NCBI RefSeq assembly: GCF_030028105.1
Contig: NC_092398.1
Location: 28,614,424 to 28,678,423 of the forward strand
Length of the DNA: 64,000 bases
Source of the DNA: Mobula birostris
Lineage: Eukaryota
Direction: 5' to 3'
The notes under the pieces: model-generated
The model's input: the letters and a program-made list of their open reading frames with translations, nothing else
Database searches by the model: none
What the model was told of the DNA's origin: nothing
Translations under genes and position numbers: made by a program
Shown: positions 61,801 through 64,000 of the stretch, piece by piece
How the letters are laid out: each line of letters begins with the position of its first letter
How positions within the stretch are numbered: position 1 is the first letter of the stretch

Positions 61801-63900
61801 AACAAATATGGAACATTTTTTAGATAATTTGGAAATACCAACTCTGGAACCAGAGGAGGTGGAGAATTTAAATCGGGCTCTTGGGTAGGAAGAGATTAAT
61901 AATGCCATTACGGCTATGCAGAGTGGTAAGTCCCCAGATCCTGATGGTGATCTGATATAATTTTATAAGAAATTTAAGGTAAGCTGATACCGGTCCTTCT
62001 AGAAGTGTTTCAGGAATCTTTGAAGAATGGTTCCTTACCCCCTACTCTTTCAGAGGCATCTATTTCACTTCTTCTTAAAAAGGACAAGGACCCGACTCAA
62101 TGTGGATCATATCGCCCCATCTCACTTTTGAATGTGGATGTGAAAATTTTGGCTAAAGTGCTTGCGTGCCGTTTAGAACGCTCCCTTCCCTAGATAATCT
62201 CAGATGATCAAACAGGTTTTATTAAAAATTGCCATTCTTTTTTTAATATCCATCGACTGGCTGATGTGGTTTATTCACCGAGTGATTCTCTGAGTCAGGA
62301 GGTTGTTATCTCCTTGGGTGCGGAGAAGATGTTTGATAGAGTGGAGTGGGTATACTTGTTTAGAGTTTTGGAGAAATTTGGATTTGGCAGAATATTTGTA
62401 GCCTGGGTTAAGCTATGATATCACTTGCCTTTAGCGTGTATACAGATAAATTATTTTCGATCGGACTATTTCCCATTAACACGCGGCACTCGCCAAGGCT
62501 GCCCATTGTCCCCTCCTCTTTTTGCAATTGCAATTGAGCCTCTTTCTATTGCACTTTAAGTCAACTACATTATTTCAAGGTGTTAGGAGAGGGAACGTGG
62601 AACACCGTGTATCCCTATATGCTGATGACCTCTTACTTTACGTTAGCGACCCTGTAGGTAGCAGTCCTGCTATTGCGTCATTATTAGGTCAACTTGGAGC
62701 CTTCTATGGCTATAAACTGAACCTTCAAAAAAGCAAATGATTTCCCATTAATAACTTGGCCCTACAGATCCGACAGGAATCTTTGCCTTTTCCTTTATCT
62801 CAAGATGGTTTTGTATACCTATGAATACATGTTACTCGCTCTTTTACATCTCTGTCTGAAGCTAACTACAGGCCTCAGGTTGGCCAAATGAAGGCTGATT
62901 TTGAGAGATGGTGCAGTTTACCCCTTACTATAGCTGGGAGAATTCAATCAGTGAAAATGACTATACTTCCCAGATTTCTTTATTTGTTCCAGTGCTTGCC
63001 AATTTTCTTATCTAAGTTATTTTTCAAATCAGTCGACCAAGCTATAACCTCTTATATTTGGGAAAATGAGGTCCCAAAGGTTAATGAGTGCACTCTCCAA
63101 AGAGGTCATGACGTAGGTGGAACGGGCCTTCCTAGCTTTGTTCATTATTACTGGGCATCAAACATTCAAAAGGTATTATTTTGGCTCCACCGGCTAGATA
63201 TAAACTGGTGCCCGCTTGGGACACGGTCTTGCCACTCCTCGTCTCTCCCAGCTTTAGTGTATTCTTCCTTACCTTTGAAATCCTCTCAATTCACATCTAA
63301 CTCGGTCGTGCTCTCCACCCTCAAAATTTTTAATCAATTTCGCTCCACTGTAAGTTCACATCAGCTTCAGTTTTGGGTCCCATTCATAGAAACCATCTAT
63401 TTCTTCCCTCCACACTCAATTCATTTTTTAGACAATGGGGTTTGAACTGTCTTATACGCATTAAGGATTTGTACACTGATAACATATTTAATAGTTTTGA
63501 TAACCTGTGCAGTAATTATGGCCTTCTGCATAATCATTTTTTAAAATACCTGCAGATTCACCACTTTGTCAAGGAAAAATTTCCCTGTTTTTCTGATCTA
63601 CCCCCTGCTATATTGTGGGAGAAACTCACTCATAGCTTTAATAATAAAGGGCTGATCTCTGTACTATACTCTCAGCTGATGTCCTTGGGAGTTCAAGATC
63701 TAAACAAAACTAAAACTAGGTGGGAGGTTGATCTTGGTATGGATCTGGTTGAGGAATATTGGGCAAAAGCATTGAATAGGGTTCATTCCTCATCATCATG
63801 TGCTAGACTGGGGCTCATACAATTTAAAGTTTTACACAGGGTACATTTATGTAAAACCAGCCTTGCTGACATATATCCTGGGACAGATGCTGGCTGTGAC
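58861..63900 (+). mobile_element. Near full-length degenerate L1 (ORF1 ~58995-59830; ORF2 from ~60527), antisense in a WB intron
   Basis: 5' end ggacttcggg. ORF1: RSWRSNLRVVGIPE. ORF2: APE (FTSWNVKGL, LQETH, YSRLDYF) and RT (YRPISLLNVD, VSLYADDLLL), with many stops and frameshifts. Confidence 0.92.
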
Positions 63901-64000
63901 ACATGGACTGTTCATAAATCTGATGGCAGAAGGGAAGAAGCTTTTCCTGAATCCTTGAGCGTATGCCTTCAGGCTCCTGTACCTCCTCCCTGAAGGTAGC

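Overview
Eukaryotic, repeat-rich vertebrate DNA, inferred to be from a cartilaginous fish (probably a ray) from its repeat landscape: CR1 LINEs, Penelope elements, V-SINE-like SINEs, Rex/Babar, Tc1 and hAT. The only host genes found are two convergent MHC-family genes. (1) A complete 4-exon alpha-chain gene on + (exons 7013-7088, 12504-12767, 14369-14650, 16255-16427; 264 aa). It has class II-alpha architecture, but its Ig domain carries beta2-microglobulin motifs (LSFGKDWRF; Leu in place of the C-strand Trp). (2) The 3' part of a beta-chain gene on - (C1 exon 55280-55561, TM exon 51848-51949, candidate tail exon 48956-48999). Its Ig domain has the class I alpha3 motif LPNRDGTFQ. Together these match the W-category MHC (WA/WB). 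The WB leader and beta1 exons must lie beyond the window end. The WA CpG-island promoter directly abuts a 5.6-kb 33-bp minisatellite, which explains the two ~1900-aa 'mucin-like' ORFs. The rest is nested mobile DNA: a Gmr1-type Gypsy element with copia-like pol order, inverted Penelope units with long TSDs and minimal hammerhead ribozymes, a fused inverted Tc1 pair carrying an RNase H LINE, a Hero-like RLE retrotransposon, and an L1 inserted in a hAT inside a WB intron. All alignments were done by eye and no database search was run.
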